From contig JALGYY010000048.1 of assembly GCA_025782575.1 (NCBI GenBank), forward strand, positions 13,182 to 77,181: a DNA stretch of 64,000 nt, given 5' to 3'. The stretch comes from a bacterium. GTDB lineage: Bacteria > Orphanbacterota > Orphanbacteria > Orphanbacterales > Orphanbacteraceae. The position numbers and the translations under genes are program-made. Below are positions 1 through 9,952 of the stretch, in pieces; within the stretch, counting starts at the first letter, position 1, and every line of letters begins with the position of its first letter. A model generated the notes under the pieces. The model ran no database searches, was not told the origin of the DNA, and saw nothing but the letters and a program-made list of their open reading frames with translations.

Positions 1-1585
1 CCCGAACGTGATTTACGCCAACTACACCAACTCCTCGAATCATCAGACTCTCGGTGTCTACAAAAGCATCGATGCCGGCGCCACATGGAATCTGATGACC
101 TCTACACCGAACATGACGAACAGCCAGGGCTGGTACAACCTGACCCTTGCTGTCGATCCGGACGACGCGGACGTTGTCATCGCCGGAGGAGTCAGTCTCT
201 ACCGCGCGACAGACGGTGGTGTGAGCTTCTCCAAAACCGGGGAGGGATTCATCCTTGGCAACGAAACCGATGTTCACTGGGATCACCATGCCATCGTCTA
301 TGAACCTGGGAGCAGCAACACTGTCTGGGTGGGGAACGACGGAGGAGTCTGGCGTTCCACTGATGACGGCGCGACATGGAGTTCGAGGCGCGAGGGAATC
401 GTCTCCTACCAGTTCTACGATATCTGCGCGTCGGAATCGAATGACTTTGCCATGGGGGGCGCACAGGACAACGGAATACCCGGCCGGCTCGGATTCGACG
501 ACTGGTTCGTCTCCAACCTCCTTGCCGACGGTTTCGTCTGTAATATCGCCCCGGGGAACCCGGATCGAATCTATGCCGAGTGGCAGTTCGGAAACCATGT
601 GAGAAGTATCGATGGGGGTCAGTCCTGGGTTGCTACTATGTCCGGAATCACGGGGAATGGAGCTTGGATGACACCGGTCGCTATGGATCTGAACAAACCG
701 AAGCAGCTTTTCACCTCGACAAGTGACGGCGTCTTTCGAACCGACAATCGAATGAACACGTGGTCTCAGGTGGGAAACCAGACAGCGATCTGGATCGATC
801 ACAGTCTCGCCGATAGTCTTACGGTCTGGACAGTGAACTCAATCGGGCCGCATGTCTCGACCGATGACGGCAACACCTGGACAGCCGCGGCCGGCTACGG
901 TTTCTCTGTCGGGTCGGAGACAAAGGTCGCAACTCATCCGACCGAGCCGAATACTGCGTTCATCACATTCGGCGGCTACTCTACAGCTGCACATATTGTG
1001 ATGACCACTGACCTCGGTCTGACATGGACCAATGTGACAGGTGATTTTCCGGCACAACCGGTTAACACGATGGTTGTCGATCCCGATGATCCCGACGCCT
1101 GGTATATCGGCACCGATGTCGGCGTCTGGACAAGCAGCGATGGCGGCGCCACGTGGATGCCATTCGATACCGGACTCCCGAACGCTGTTATCAGCGATCT
1201 TGAGATCAGGCGGTCTGCACGGAAACTGGTGGCGGGAACGTTCGGGCGAGGCGCATGGGAGACCGACCTTCCCGGTCTCCCGACCGGTATCGCTGCCGGC
1301 GGATCGGTCGGTTCCTCCCACGATCTGCTGCTCGATCCTCCTTCACCTAATCCGGTTCGGGGGGAGACACTCTTGCGCTTCGCCGCCAGGCACGACGGGC
1401 CGGTATCGCTCGATGTCTACGACATCCGAGGCCGGCGCGTAGACCACGTCGCCGACCTGAGCCGAGGGGACGGCATCATCCGTACGGCTACATGGTCAAC
1501 GGAAGGGCTCCCGAGTGGGGTCTACTTCGCTCGCTTGATTGCGGGGTCCCGAACAACGGTGAGGCGCGTAGTTGTAACGAAGTAG
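1..1585 (+). CDS. Secreted BNR/Asp-box (VPS10/sortilin-like) beta-propeller protein with C-terminal FlgD_ig/T9SS-like domain; 5'-truncated by the window edge
   Basis: Many SxDGGxTW Asp-box repeats (SIDAGATW, STDDGATW, SIDGGQSW, SSDGGATW). C-terminus reads PPSPNPVRG...YDIRGRRV...SGVYFARL...RRVVVTK. The frame is open to the window edge. Confidence 0.85.
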   Translation, partial: PNVIYANYTNSSNHQTLGVYKSIDAGATWNLMTSTPNMTNSQGWYNLTLAVDPDDADVVIAGGVSLYRATDGGVSFSKTGEGFILGNETDVHWDHHAIVYEPGSSNTVWVGNDGGVWRSTDDGATWSSRREGIVSYQFYDICASESNDFAMGGAQDNGIPGRLGFDDWFVSNLLADGFVCNIAPGNPDRIYAEWQFGNHVRSIDGGQSWVATMSGITGNGAWMTPVAMDLNKPKQLFTSTSDGVFRTDNRMNTWSQVGNQTAIWIDHSLADSLTVWTVNSIGPHVSTDDGNTWTAAAGYGFSVGSETKVATHPTEPNTAFITFGGYSTAAHIVMTTDLGLTWTNVTGDFPAQPVNTMVVDPDDPDAWYIGTDVGVWTSSDGGATWMPFDTGLPNAVISDLEIRRSARKLVAGTFGRGAWETDLPGLPTGIAAGGSVGSSHDLLLDPPSPNPVRGETLLRFAARHDGPVSLDVYDIRGRRVDHVADLSRGDGIIRTATWSTEGLPSGVYFARLIAGSRTTVRRVVVTK

Positions 1586-1596
1586 CGAACTCCAGG

Positions 1597-2169
1597 CTAG
1601 TCTTCGAGCGGCACGATTTTAAACGCGGTCGGTGTAGCTTCGCAGTGGTAAACGCAGAGACCGCAGCCGACACACTGCTCTTCATTATAGACGAGGCTGG
1701 TCAGCTTCATGGTCAAGGCTCCGGAAGACGGCGGACAGTAATGGGTACACGTATCGCAGAGAACTCCCTGGCTAATGAGACAGAGATCGCGGTTCAACTC
1801 CACCTTGGCGATCGGCGCCGGTTCATGTCCCGCGTCGAGCGTAAGGGCGCCTGAGGGGCAGGCCCGAATGCAGTCCCAGCTTTCACACCAATGACAGGCC
1901 GACTCACCCGGTTCGAGATAAGGCGACCCTTCTCCCTGTCCGAACGCAGGTCCCATTCGCAGGATTACGTCATGGGGACATGCGCTCGCACAGTCCGTGC
2001 ACTTCTCGCATCGCGCCAGAAAAGCGATCTCGTCCGGGAGAGCGCCCGGCGGCCGGATCGGACGGACTTCCTCTTCTTTCCCATCGTCCTTTCGAGGCGG
2101 GATGATTCCCTTGAATAGATCACCGGGCCTCAGTCGAAAAAATTGTCTTCTCGATAGATCGCGAGCCAT
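1597..2169 (-). CDS. napF: NapF/NapG-type polyferredoxin (4Fe-4S dicluster)
   Basis: SRRQFF N-terminus, RPPGA motif, CEKCTDCASACP, CHWCESWDCIRACP, CVGCGLCVYHC. Last gene of the nap-like operon. Confidence 0.75.
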   Translation of the reverse strand: MARDLSRRQFFRLRPGDLFKGIIPPRKDDGKEEEVRPIRPPGALPDEIAFLARCEKCTDCASACPHDVILRMGPAFGQGEGSPYLEPGESACHWCESWDCIRACPSGALTLDAGHEPAPIAKVELNRDLCLISQGVLCDTCTHYCPPSSGALTMKLTSLVYNEEQCVGCGLCVYHCEATPTAFKIVPLED

Positions 2170-2170
2170 C

Positions 2171-3808
2171 TTACATCCCCGATCGCATTTCCATCGGCTG
2201 AGCGATGAGCCAGACGCTGAAACTGGAGTACAGGATCATTACCAGGATCAGCGGAATGAGCGCACGAAACGCCTGCTTCCGATCCGCGAATAGAACGCGT
2301 GCCACACGATCGGCGGTAACCACACCGAACAGATGTCCGGTGACAATAAGAGAAATCTGGAGCCACCAGATCGAATTGATCGTCAGAAGGGGCATGTAGA
2401 CTTTATCCGCTGTGCCGAAGAGATCCCAGCCCCAACCGAACGGATCGCTGAGCAGGGGCATAATATATTGCGCTTCCATGAAGAAGTGCATGCCATTATG
2501 GGCGAGGTGATAGAAGAGTGCGATCGGGATGACGGAGTATGCAAACGCACGAAAGATCCGCGCCGTCCGCAATTCGGATCCTGCCGTGAGCGCCCGCGAT
2601 ACCGCCGCCGTTCCCCAGAACAGCATGGTGGGCAGAATGATCATGAGCGCCATCAACACAGAAAATACGATATTCGGCCCCATCCCGAAATCGGCGCGCA
2701 GTCTGTTGACTGTCTCCTGCCAGAACGGCGTCATCGTAAGCCCGTGAAAGCTAGTCAGAGCGAGCAGCGAGATGGCGAGGACAGCTTCGTCCCATCGAAA
2801 GCGAATCTTCCGGAAGAGATCGGCGCCAAGGGGCCTGATGTTCAGTCCGATATTGTCATGGGGGCATGAGCGGATACACTCGGTGCATAGCGTGCAATAG
2901 GTGTTCTCCGTGAGTGCGCCCGGGAAGAGCGACGTGGGACAACCGACCGCAGTTTCACTCCCGTTGTAACACTCCTTTCCCTCACAACTCGTACAGATCT
3001 CTTTCGGACCGGGTCTGATTTCGATCGGGGCGAACAGCGCATAAAGCCCCTGAATCCTGCCGACGAAGCAGAGATAACGACAGAAGGCACGCCTCTCGAA
3101 CAGCAGTGCCGTGATGACCGCCATGGCGACGAAGCCGATTCCGAGAAGGGCGGTCATCGACGGCGAGCGTGTCACGTCGAGGCCGAGTTCCAGCCAGGTG
3201 AGGACGATGAAGAGAACGAGTGCGATATGGGTATTTTTCAGCGCCCGGGGCCAGCGGAATTCGAAACCGATCTTCTTGATGCGCGATCGAAGTGACAGAG
3301 AGGAGACGATCGACGAAATCCCTTCCCAGGGGCAGACCGCGCAGAATGCCGTCCCCATGCCGAGGATGACGAAAATGAGAAGAGCCCACCACCAGGTCCA
3401 TGTAAGGACCGGCGCGATATTCACTCTCTGATTCCCGAAGAGTCCGGCCGCGATCACAAGCCCGAACAGACCGATCGAGAGCGCCTGAATCATCATGGGA
3501 AACCCGGGCCGCCTCACCAGCCAGTTCACCATACGTAGCTTTAGCAGATTGAACGTCGGGTACGACTTGACTTCTCTCTTTCTCATACGACTGAGAAGCA
3601 GGTGGCTGACAATGATGATAGCGATAATGCCACCGGCGGCGATCGAGGGGGGGACGCCGGCCATCTGGTGACCCGCGCTCTGGGGGGGCATCGTGGTCGC
3701 ACCGGTCTCGTCGGTCGCCTGGTGCATCGGACAGTTGGTCATTCCGCAGTATTTGCAGAGCTCTCCCGTCTCTTCCGAAGCGCCGCCGTTTTGCTCGTCG
3801 ATCTGCAA
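2171..3808 (-). CDS. Polytopic membrane 4Fe-4S-binding protein (NapH/YccM/FixG-like) with N-terminal Cys/His-rich segment
   Basis: CAVCPW, CRYLCFVG, CTSCEGKEC, CTLCTECIRSCP and many TM segments. N-terminal CKYCGMTNCPMH. TTG start directly abuts the upstream TAG. Confidence 0.8.
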   Translation of the reverse strand: MQIDEQNGGASEETGELCKYCGMTNCPMHQATDETGATTMPPQSAGHQMAGVPPSIAAGGIIAIIIVSHLLLSRMRKREVKSYPTFNLLKLRMVNWLVRRPGFPMMIQALSIGLFGLVIAAGLFGNQRVNIAPVLTWTWWWALLIFVILGMGTAFCAVCPWEGISSIVSSLSLRSRIKKIGFEFRWPRALKNTHIALVLFIVLTWLELGLDVTRSPSMTALLGIGFVAMAVITALLFERRAFCRYLCFVGRIQGLYALFAPIEIRPGPKEICTSCEGKECYNGSETAVGCPTSLFPGALTENTYCTLCTECIRSCPHDNIGLNIRPLGADLFRKIRFRWDEAVLAISLLALTSFHGLTMTPFWQETVNRLRADFGMGPNIVFSVLMALMIILPTMLFWGTAAVSRALTAGSELRTARIFRAFAYSVIPIALFYHLAHNGMHFFMEAQYIMPLLSDPFGWGWDLFGTADKVYMPLLTINSIWWLQISLIVTGHLFGVVTADRVARVLFADRKQAFRALIPLILVMILYSSFSVWLIAQPMEMRSGM

Positions 3809-4417
3809 CTACTTCCCTTTCCCTTTTCCGGCCCGTGCCGCCGCCCGCCTGTCCTGCTTCACCCGGGCCCGCCGTGAACCGACCGCGACCACAGCCACCA
3901 GCGCCACAAGAATGCCAGCGACCCCCTTCCCCCAGTTGGTCCTCTGGGAAGACAACCGGAACGGTATCAGAACCGTGCCGCCCGGTTCCTCGCCGAGTGT
4001 CACCCGGAGCGAGTAGCGGCCCGTATCGGGGAGTTCGTGCTGAATGGCATAGACGCATTCCTCTGCAGGGCCTTCAAAATCCTCCTCATAAAACGGGTCG
4101 TCCCGATCGAGAATCGAAAGTATGAGCGGACCGTCATAGACCTTATTCGCTCTCAAATTAAAAATGATGAGATAGAGACGAGCATTGTCAGGCTGGTAAA
4201 GGTCCTCTTTCGTAAGGCCCTGAAAATCATAAAGCACCAGAGAGTATTCGTACTCACCATCCTGGCCGAGGAATTCCTCGGTCGGCACCTGGGGGTAATT
4301 CTCGAAGTAGGAGTAATGGGGCAGTCCTTTGAAGTGATGCGCCGCTGCCGAAACGGGGATCACGAGCGAGGCGACCAAAGCCGCCAGGACGATCGATTTT
4401 CGTGCATAGCAATTCAT
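3809..4417 (-). CDS. Exported hypothetical protein with signal peptide and C-terminal TM anchor
   Basis: ATG at 4417 overlaps the napH-like TGA (ATGA). Signal peptide ends SAAA|HHFKGLPHY. Hydrophobic helix plus basic tail at the C-terminus. Confidence 0.75.
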   Translation of the reverse strand: MNCYARKSIVLAALVASLVIPVSAAAHHFKGLPHYSYFENYPQVPTEEFLGQDGEYEYSLVLYDFQGLTKEDLYQPDNARLYLIIFNLRANKVYDGPLILSILDRDDPFYEEDFEGPAEECVYAIQHELPDTGRYSLRVTLGEEPGGTVLIPFRLSSQRTNWGKGVAGILVALVAVVAVGSRRARVKQDRRAAARAGKGKGK

Positions 4418-5355
4418 CGTTTCTTCATTCCGATCGAGAGGCATTGGGTCGGACAGATGGTAATGCATTCACCGCAGACTGAGCAATCCCTCGTCTCGTC
4501 ATTTCGCGGATCCACATGAAGCGGGCAGACTACCGCGCAGCTGGTACAACCTTCTTTGCAGTTAGGCGCATCCCGCCGGACCGTAATCACCGGTTTACGG
4601 CCGATCGCACCGAGAAGCCTGCCCGTCGGGCAGAGCCACCTGCAGGTAAACTGCTTCCCCAGAAGGAGATCGAGGAGGGCCATGACCACCAGGCTTCCCG
4701 CGGCGGCGGAAAGTGTGCCGAAAGCGATCGACTGAAAGATCGTCTGCCCCATGGCAAAGTAGGGGAGAACAAACACCCATACGCCGTGGCCGGTCCAGAC
4801 TGCGGCGACGAGCCCTCCCGCCAGAACGCCCCACGAAACCGCGCGGGGAACTTCCAGGTCAGGAAAATAGAAGAACCGTTCCAGTAATCTGCGAATCCGT
4901 GATATGACATAGAAACCGAGAGAGGCGGGGCAGATATACCCGCAGAAGACACGGCCGAACAGGAGCGCGAGACCGAGAGGCACGATCAACCCGAATGCGA
5001 TCGCGGGCGTCCAGGAGTGATCCTTGGCCAGTAGGGAGAGAGCGGCGATCGGATCGGTAAAGGGGACGCCGAACAGGCGAATGGACCAGGTCATCCCCCC
5101 CATGGTGCGGACCACTTCCTCCGGCTCGCCGAAGAGAGAGAGAAACGCTTCTGACCATTCATACGCGATTCGAGTCGCTTTACCCGAGCTGAGTTCCACA
5201 AGTCGGGGGTGATTGTATCCGAGTTTCAGGTTGGCGTATGTTGTCCAGAATGCGAGCGTGCATAGCATCAGAAGAACTGACGCCCGCGTGATCACGGAGA
5301 GAACGAGCAGATATTTTCCAAGGCGTGAGTTCGATGCGGATCCGTTTCGCACCAC
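4414..5355 (-). CDS. napH: NapH-like quinol dehydrogenase membrane subunit
   Basis: GRVFCGYICP, CRWLCPTG, CTSCAVVCP, CSVCGECITICP and TM helices. Follows the napG-like gene. Confidence 0.8.
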   Translation of the reverse strand: MVRNGSASNSRLGKYLLVLSVITRASVLLMLCTLAFWTTYANLKLGYNHPRLVELSSGKATRIAYEWSEAFLSLFGEPEEVVRTMGGMTWSIRLFGVPFTDPIAALSLLAKDHSWTPAIAFGLIVPLGLALLFGRVFCGYICPASLGFYVISRIRRLLERFFYFPDLEVPRAVSWGVLAGGLVAAVWTGHGVWVFVLPYFAMGQTIFQSIAFGTLSAAAGSLVVMALLDLLLGKQFTCRWLCPTGRLLGAIGRKPVITVRRDAPNCKEGCTSCAVVCPLHVDPRNDETRDCSVCGECITICPTQCLSIGMKKR

Positions 5356-5357
5356 GC

Positions 5358-5954
5358 TCAGGCCTCTTCGTACGAGCGGAGTTCCTCGGTGGGGATCACT
5401 CGAATCGCCTGGGGCATGTGGATACAGCCTTGTTCACATAGGCCGCATCCTACGCAGAATTCCTCATGAACGTACGGTTTCTCGAAGAGGCCGATGGTCA
5501 TCGCTTCTCCCGGCAGGGGACAGGCGCGATAACAGGCGCCGCAAGTCCGTCCGGCAAATGAGTAACAGATACTTTCCGAGACGAACGCTGTTCCCATTGC
5601 GACCGCTCTCATTCCCTCATCGGTCGCTTCGAGTGGTTCGAGAGCTCCTGTCGGGCAGACCTGTGTACAGGCCATGCAGAGAATACATCCTCTGGCGCGA
5701 GCGGCGATTCTGGGAGTGGCGAAGTTTTCCAGACCCTTTTCGAGTCCGTAGAGGGTGATGCATTTGTTCGGACAGACGTTGGCACACTGGCCGCAACCGA
5801 TACAGGCATCAAGAAAGGCTTTCTCCGGCTTCGCTCCCGGAGGCCGGAGAAATCGCCTCAGTACATTCGTGCCCGGGAGTTTCTCCAGGAAAGGAACCGC
5901 CAGAGGGATGACGGTCCCGGCCAGGAAGGCCGCGAAGAAACCCCGGCGGTTCAT
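5358..5954 (-). CDS. napG: NapG/MauM-like periplasmic ferredoxin
   Basis: Tat-like MNRRGFF start at 5954 overlapping the napA-like stop (ATGA). LRPPGA, CIGCGQCANVCP, CILCMACTQVCP, CGACYRACP, CVGCGLCEQGC. Confidence 0.85.
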   Translation of the reverse strand: MNRRGFFAAFLAGTVIPLAVPFLEKLPGTNVLRRFLRPPGAKPEKAFLDACIGCGQCANVCPNKCITLYGLEKGLENFATPRIAARARGCILCMACTQVCPTGALEPLEATDEGMRAVAMGTAFVSESICYSFAGRTCGACYRACPLPGEAMTIGLFEKPYVHEEFCVGCGLCEQGCIHMPQAIRVIPTEELRSYEEA

Positions 5955-8584
5955 GCCCGTTCGATCGGCTCGACGCGGCAGGCGCACTTCTTGAAGTCCG
6001 CCTGGCCGGAAACGGGATCGAACGCACGGTGAGTCGTCCCGTTGGCGAGCCATCTGTTCTTTTCAGGATCGGCCGAATCGGCGACCGAAAGATTCCACGG
6101 GCTGAACAGGAAGCCCTTCGGCACGGTGTTCCGCGCCGGCTTTACCACCGAATCGAGGCCGATCGAAACTCGCGCCTCCAGCTCGCCCCGACGTGTCACG
6201 ATTCGCACCCACTGACCGTCCCGTACACCAAGCTCACGGGCATCGTCCGGATGCATTTCGCAGTACATTTCGGGAACCAGCTTCGATGTCGTGCCGGAGC
6301 GAATCGTCTTCGCCGTGTGGAAGTGCTCGTAAACGACACCGGTCGCCCACCAGAACGGGTACTTGTCCTTCGGAACCGAGCCGATCTTACTGCCGAGAAA
6401 CTCCTCGTGGGGAAGCTCGGGGGTAAGCCCGGCATCCCTGGCCGCAATCAGCGTGTCGTAATGATCGATCATGTAGTAATTGGGATCGACACCGGCGGCG
6501 CTCAGCTCGTCGGTTATCTCTCTGTATTTCGAATAATCCTGATGACACATGTGAATATGCAGCTTGCCGTCGGAATGGCGGAATTCGGCGTACGGTTTAT
6601 CCGGCCAGTATTCCTCCTGCGCCATGTACCGGCGCTTCGTTCCGCCCGCTTTCGCAATCGCCGCCGTCGGTGCTGGCCACTGAATGCCGCGGAGATCCCT
6701 GATCTGCTGGTAGGGAGACTTGCCCGTCGCCTTTTCCACCTCCAGAAGACCGGTCATATCGGCATCGGTTCCCTTTGACGCGCGGAGAAAATCGCGGAAG
6801 ACTTCTTCCGGATCATAAAAGCCGTTTTCTTTCCGTTTGTACGGGAAGATGCGATCCGCGTCGAGCCCGAGCTTGGTGGCGATCAGCTTCCCTTTATCGA
6901 TCACCATATCCATGTCCGGCCGGCAACCCTTGACCGGGTTCGCCGTGCCGTCGCATACGTAGAACCGTCTTTCCGACTGAATATACGTGCCGCCGACCCA
7001 CTCACCCCATGTCGCCGCGGGAAGAATGACGTCCGCATACAGGTTGTTCGGCGCGTCCAGATAGATCTCCTGAGCGACGGTAAAGGTCTTTGTCATCGCC
7101 GGCCGGGAGAGATTGTATGAATCGGGTAGATCGATATGAGTGGCGTAAATCATGAAGAGCGCTTTGACCTCGCCCTTCAGTGCCCGCTCCATCATCCCGA
7201 TCGCCATACCTGTATTGGAAAGCTCGGCCACTTTGTCGAGCCGCTCTTTCGGTACTCCCCATGCTTCGGCCATCCTGGCGCGATGCGCCTCATCCTTGAT
7301 ACCGATATTAAATGGGAGACGGCCGGTCAACCCGCCGGTCAGGCGTTCGCCCATCGCGTTCGGCTGCCCGGTCTGCGAGTGAGGGCCGCAGCCAGGCCGC
7401 CCGATGTTGCCGGTCAGCGCCATCAGGTTCACAAGACTCATGGTGTTGTGCTGGCCATGCAGATGCTGGTTGTAGCCGATACCCCAGAAGGTAAGCACAC
7501 CGCCTGAACCACGCTTTCTCCCGCGGATACTCGCCGCGGCCCAGGTCTCCGCGATCTTGTAGATCTCCGACGCGGGGATCATCGTCCGGCTCTCTATCTC
7601 TCTCGGATTGTAACCACTCTTGACCTCTTCGACGTAGTTCTCCCAGCCGGATGTGTGCTTCTTCAGGAAGTCCCACGCCACAGCGTCGTCATGCTTCTCC
7701 ATGATCGCGTAGGCGATCGCATTTTGAATCGAAATGTCGCCGTTGATCGTCGAAAAGTGTGTGCTGTTATCGGGATGGATCTCCTCGAGCCCCATTACCG
7801 TTCCGGTTCTACGGGGATCGACGACCAGGGTCGGGATGTTCTTCTTTGCTTTATGATCGGCCACCCGCCAGTAAAGAATCGGATGGGAGCCCCGGGCATT
7901 GTGTCCCCAGAACGTGATCATGTCGGAGAGTTCGATGTCGTCATAACAGGTGGGCGGCGTATCGGATCCGAGTGACTTGAAGTAGCCGGTCACAGCCGAG
8001 GTCATACACATCCGCGCATTCGCCTCGATCGTGTTCGAGCCGAGCACACCCTTCATGAATATATTTTCGAGCCACTGTCCTTCCACGGGGAGCTGTCCGG
8101 AACCGTAAAGGCCGACAGCGTTGCCCCCTTCGGCCTTGACGATCTCCGCGACCTTCTCCGACACGAGTTCCTCCGCCTCATCCCACGACGCCTCGCGGAA
8201 GTGCTTCGGATCGAAAGAATTCTTCGTGGCGGAGACATGACCACGAAGCGGATCGGACATGTCCTTCCGGATGAGCGGCTTGGTGAGGCGATTCACATAG
8301 ATCGCTTCGGCGGAGGTCAGTCCCTTGATGCACTGGAGCCCCTTGTTGGTCGGGTGATCCTTATCGGGAATGACATTGGTGATCCGGCCGTTCTTCGTCT
8401 GAATAATCGTCCCGCAACCGACACCGCAATAGGGACATGCCGCGAGAAGATCGGTATCGGCCTTGTTCGATTCCAATACGATCGATCCCGGATCGGGTAC
8501 CGACCACCCCTTCTTCGGATTGACTCCGGCAGCGGTCACTGCAGCTGTCGCTGCCGCATACTTGATAAAGGACCGTCGTTTCAT
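5951..8584 (-). CDS. napA: Tat-exported molybdopterin oxidoreductase, nitrate reductase (Nap/Nas family) catalytic subunit
   Basis: MKRRSFIK Tat motif; CPYCGVGC..CIKG [4Fe-4S] site; NARMCMTSA with Cys Mo ligand plus Met; GQPNAMGER; C-terminal Mo-bisPGD domain (EMHPDDA, DPVSGQADFK). Confidence 0.85.
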   Translation of the reverse strand: MKRRSFIKYAAATAAVTAAGVNPKKGWSVPDPGSIVLESNKADTDLLAACPYCGVGCGTIIQTKNGRITNVIPDKDHPTNKGLQCIKGLTSAEAIYVNRLTKPLIRKDMSDPLRGHVSATKNSFDPKHFREASWDEAEELVSEKVAEIVKAEGGNAVGLYGSGQLPVEGQWLENIFMKGVLGSNTIEANARMCMTSAVTGYFKSLGSDTPPTCYDDIELSDMITFWGHNARGSHPILYWRVADHKAKKNIPTLVVDPRRTGTVMGLEEIHPDNSTHFSTINGDISIQNAIAYAIMEKHDDAVAWDFLKKHTSGWENYVEEVKSGYNPREIESRTMIPASEIYKIAETWAAASIRGRKRGSGGVLTFWGIGYNQHLHGQHNTMSLVNLMALTGNIGRPGCGPHSQTGQPNAMGERLTGGLTGRLPFNIGIKDEAHRARMAEAWGVPKERLDKVAELSNTGMAIGMMERALKGEVKALFMIYATHIDLPDSYNLSRPAMTKTFTVAQEIYLDAPNNLYADVILPAATWGEWVGGTYIQSERRFYVCDGTANPVKGCRPDMDMVIDKGKLIATKLGLDADRIFPYKRKENGFYDPEEVFRDFLRASKGTDADMTGLLEVEKATGKSPYQQIRDLRGIQWPAPTAAIAKAGGTKRRYMAQEEYWPDKPYAEFRHSDGKLHIHMCHQDYSKYREITDELSAAGVDPNYYMIDHYDTLIAARDAGLTPELPHEEFLGSKIGSVPKDKYPFWWATGVVYEHFHTAKTIRSGTTSKLVPEMYCEMHPDDARELGVRDGQWVRIVTRRGELEARVSIGLDSVVKPARNTVPKGFLFSPWNLSVADSADPEKNRWLANGTTHRAFDPVSGQADFKKCACRVEPIERA

Positions 8585-8599
8585 TCTTGTCCCTTCCTC

Positions 8600-9952
8600 T
8601 TAGATCGATGTGCTTTGCAAAGATCGCAGATAGACGATGATATCGTTTACTTCCTGTTCTTCAAGATTAGCCAGGCCGCGAGATCCGGTCATCGGCATCA
8701 TGGCCGTGCCGATTCTTCCCTGGTGAATGGTCTGATAAATGTAGTCGTCGGTCGCCACACTCAGGAAACCGGTCAACCCGATTCCCGGGCCTGACCCGCC
8801 GGCGCTGTAGCCCTCTCCTGCCGGACCGTGGCATGAGGCACAGAATCTCGTAAAGAGCGCCTTGCCGTTCGCGGTGTTCCCCTCGCAGACTCGATCCGGA
8901 TTGGCAACGATATCGACCGGATTGGCGATTTCGAGGTCGCGGAGATAAAGGAGAATACTGCTGAGAGGTGAACCGGCAAGGTCGGGTCGCGCCACCATTG
9001 CCGTCCCCGGCCGCCCTCCGGCAACCGTGGCCCTTATGAAATTATCCGAAGCGATCGCCAGAAAATCTCGATTCCGGATGCTCGGTGCGAGACCGGGCAG
9101 ACCGACACCACCGATCTGATGGCAACTGGCGCAGTTGGCGCGGAAGAGTTTTTCGCCGTCTGCCGGGTTCGGCTCTTTTGCCGCCCGAACCGGTGCGTTC
9201 TCAGCGAAATTAAGGGCTCTCTCCGAGTTCGCCCGTAAATGAGCGATTATGTCCTTGCCGTCCTGTTCTGTCAGATTTGCGAGGCCCGCGGCGCCGATGA
9301 ACGGCCGCATGGGAGTGCCGATTCTCCCGCGGCGGAGCGTTTGCATGATGTAGTCGTCGCTGGCGGCCCGCAGAAAACTGGGAAGGCCGATCCCCGGGCC
9401 TGAACCGCCCGAACTGTAGCCCTCACCGTCTCTCCCGTGGCAGGAGGCGCAAAACGTTCCGAAGAGTTCCTCTCCATTATAGTGGTCACCGGCAAACTCC
9501 GCTTCCCAGTCGACCGATACCTGAACCGGATTCGCCACCTCAAGCGAGCGAAGATAAGCGATGATATGGGTAAGATCGCCGTCCGACAGATCGGGCCGGG
9601 CGACCATCGCCGTTCCGTCCCGCCCACGGTTCACGGTCTTCTTGATGAAATGATCGGAAGCGAGTGCTAGAAAATCACGATTACGAATACTGGGAGCGAG
9701 GCCCACCATCCCGCCGCCGTCTATCTGATGACATGAGGCGCAGTTGGTGGTAAATAGCGCGAGCCCGGCTCCCGGATCAGGTGTACCGGTAAACGGCTTG
9801 GAGGCGGCGCCGTCGAATACGGAATGGCGGTTCTTCAGTCCGACGACATCCCGATAGTGCTCATTGGCACTACTTATTGAGATCACGAGCGCGACGACGG
9901 TGATCACAACTGCAGCGATTCCGCCTATCACCGTTGAGGTGTAGTCCCTGAT
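8600..9952 (-). CDS. Tetrahaem cytochrome c (four class-I domains, duplicated dihaem unit) with N-terminal TM/signal segment
   Basis: Four CASCH motifs, each followed by a distal Met (GTAMV, GTPMR, GTAMV, GTAMM). The best RBS (AAGGAGGT) precedes an in-frame ATC at 9952; the first standard start is GTG 9931. Confidence 0.9.
   Translation of the reverse strand: MRDYTSTVIGGIAAVVITVVALVISISSANEHYRDVVGLKNRHSVFDGAASKPFTGTPDPGAGLALFTTNCASCHQIDGGGMVGLAPSIRNRDFLALASDHFIKKTVNRGRDGTAMVARPDLSDGDLTHIIAYLRSLEVANPVQVSVDWEAEFAGDHYNGEELFGTFCASCHGRDGEGYSSGGSGPGIGLPSFLRAASDDYIMQTLRRGRIGTPMRPFIGAAGLANLTEQDGKDIIAHLRANSERALNFAENAPVRAAKEPNPADGEKLFRANCASCHQIGGVGLPGLAPSIRNRDFLAIASDNFIRATVAGGRPGTAMVARPDLAGSPLSSILLYLRDLEIANPVDIVANPDRVCEGNTANGKALFTRFCASCHGPAGEGYSAGGSGPGIGLTGFLSVATDDYIYQTIHQGRIGTAMMPMTGSRGLANLEEQEVNDIIVYLRSLQSTSI

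Noticed and set aside
3806-3811. In-frame TAG directly joining two ORFs, suggesting amber readthrough or pyrrolysine
   Set aside because: A purine-rich SD precedes the TTG. The same stop-start abutment occurs with TAA/GTG at 39945/39946, TAG ends many ordinary genes here, and no pyl genes are present in the window.
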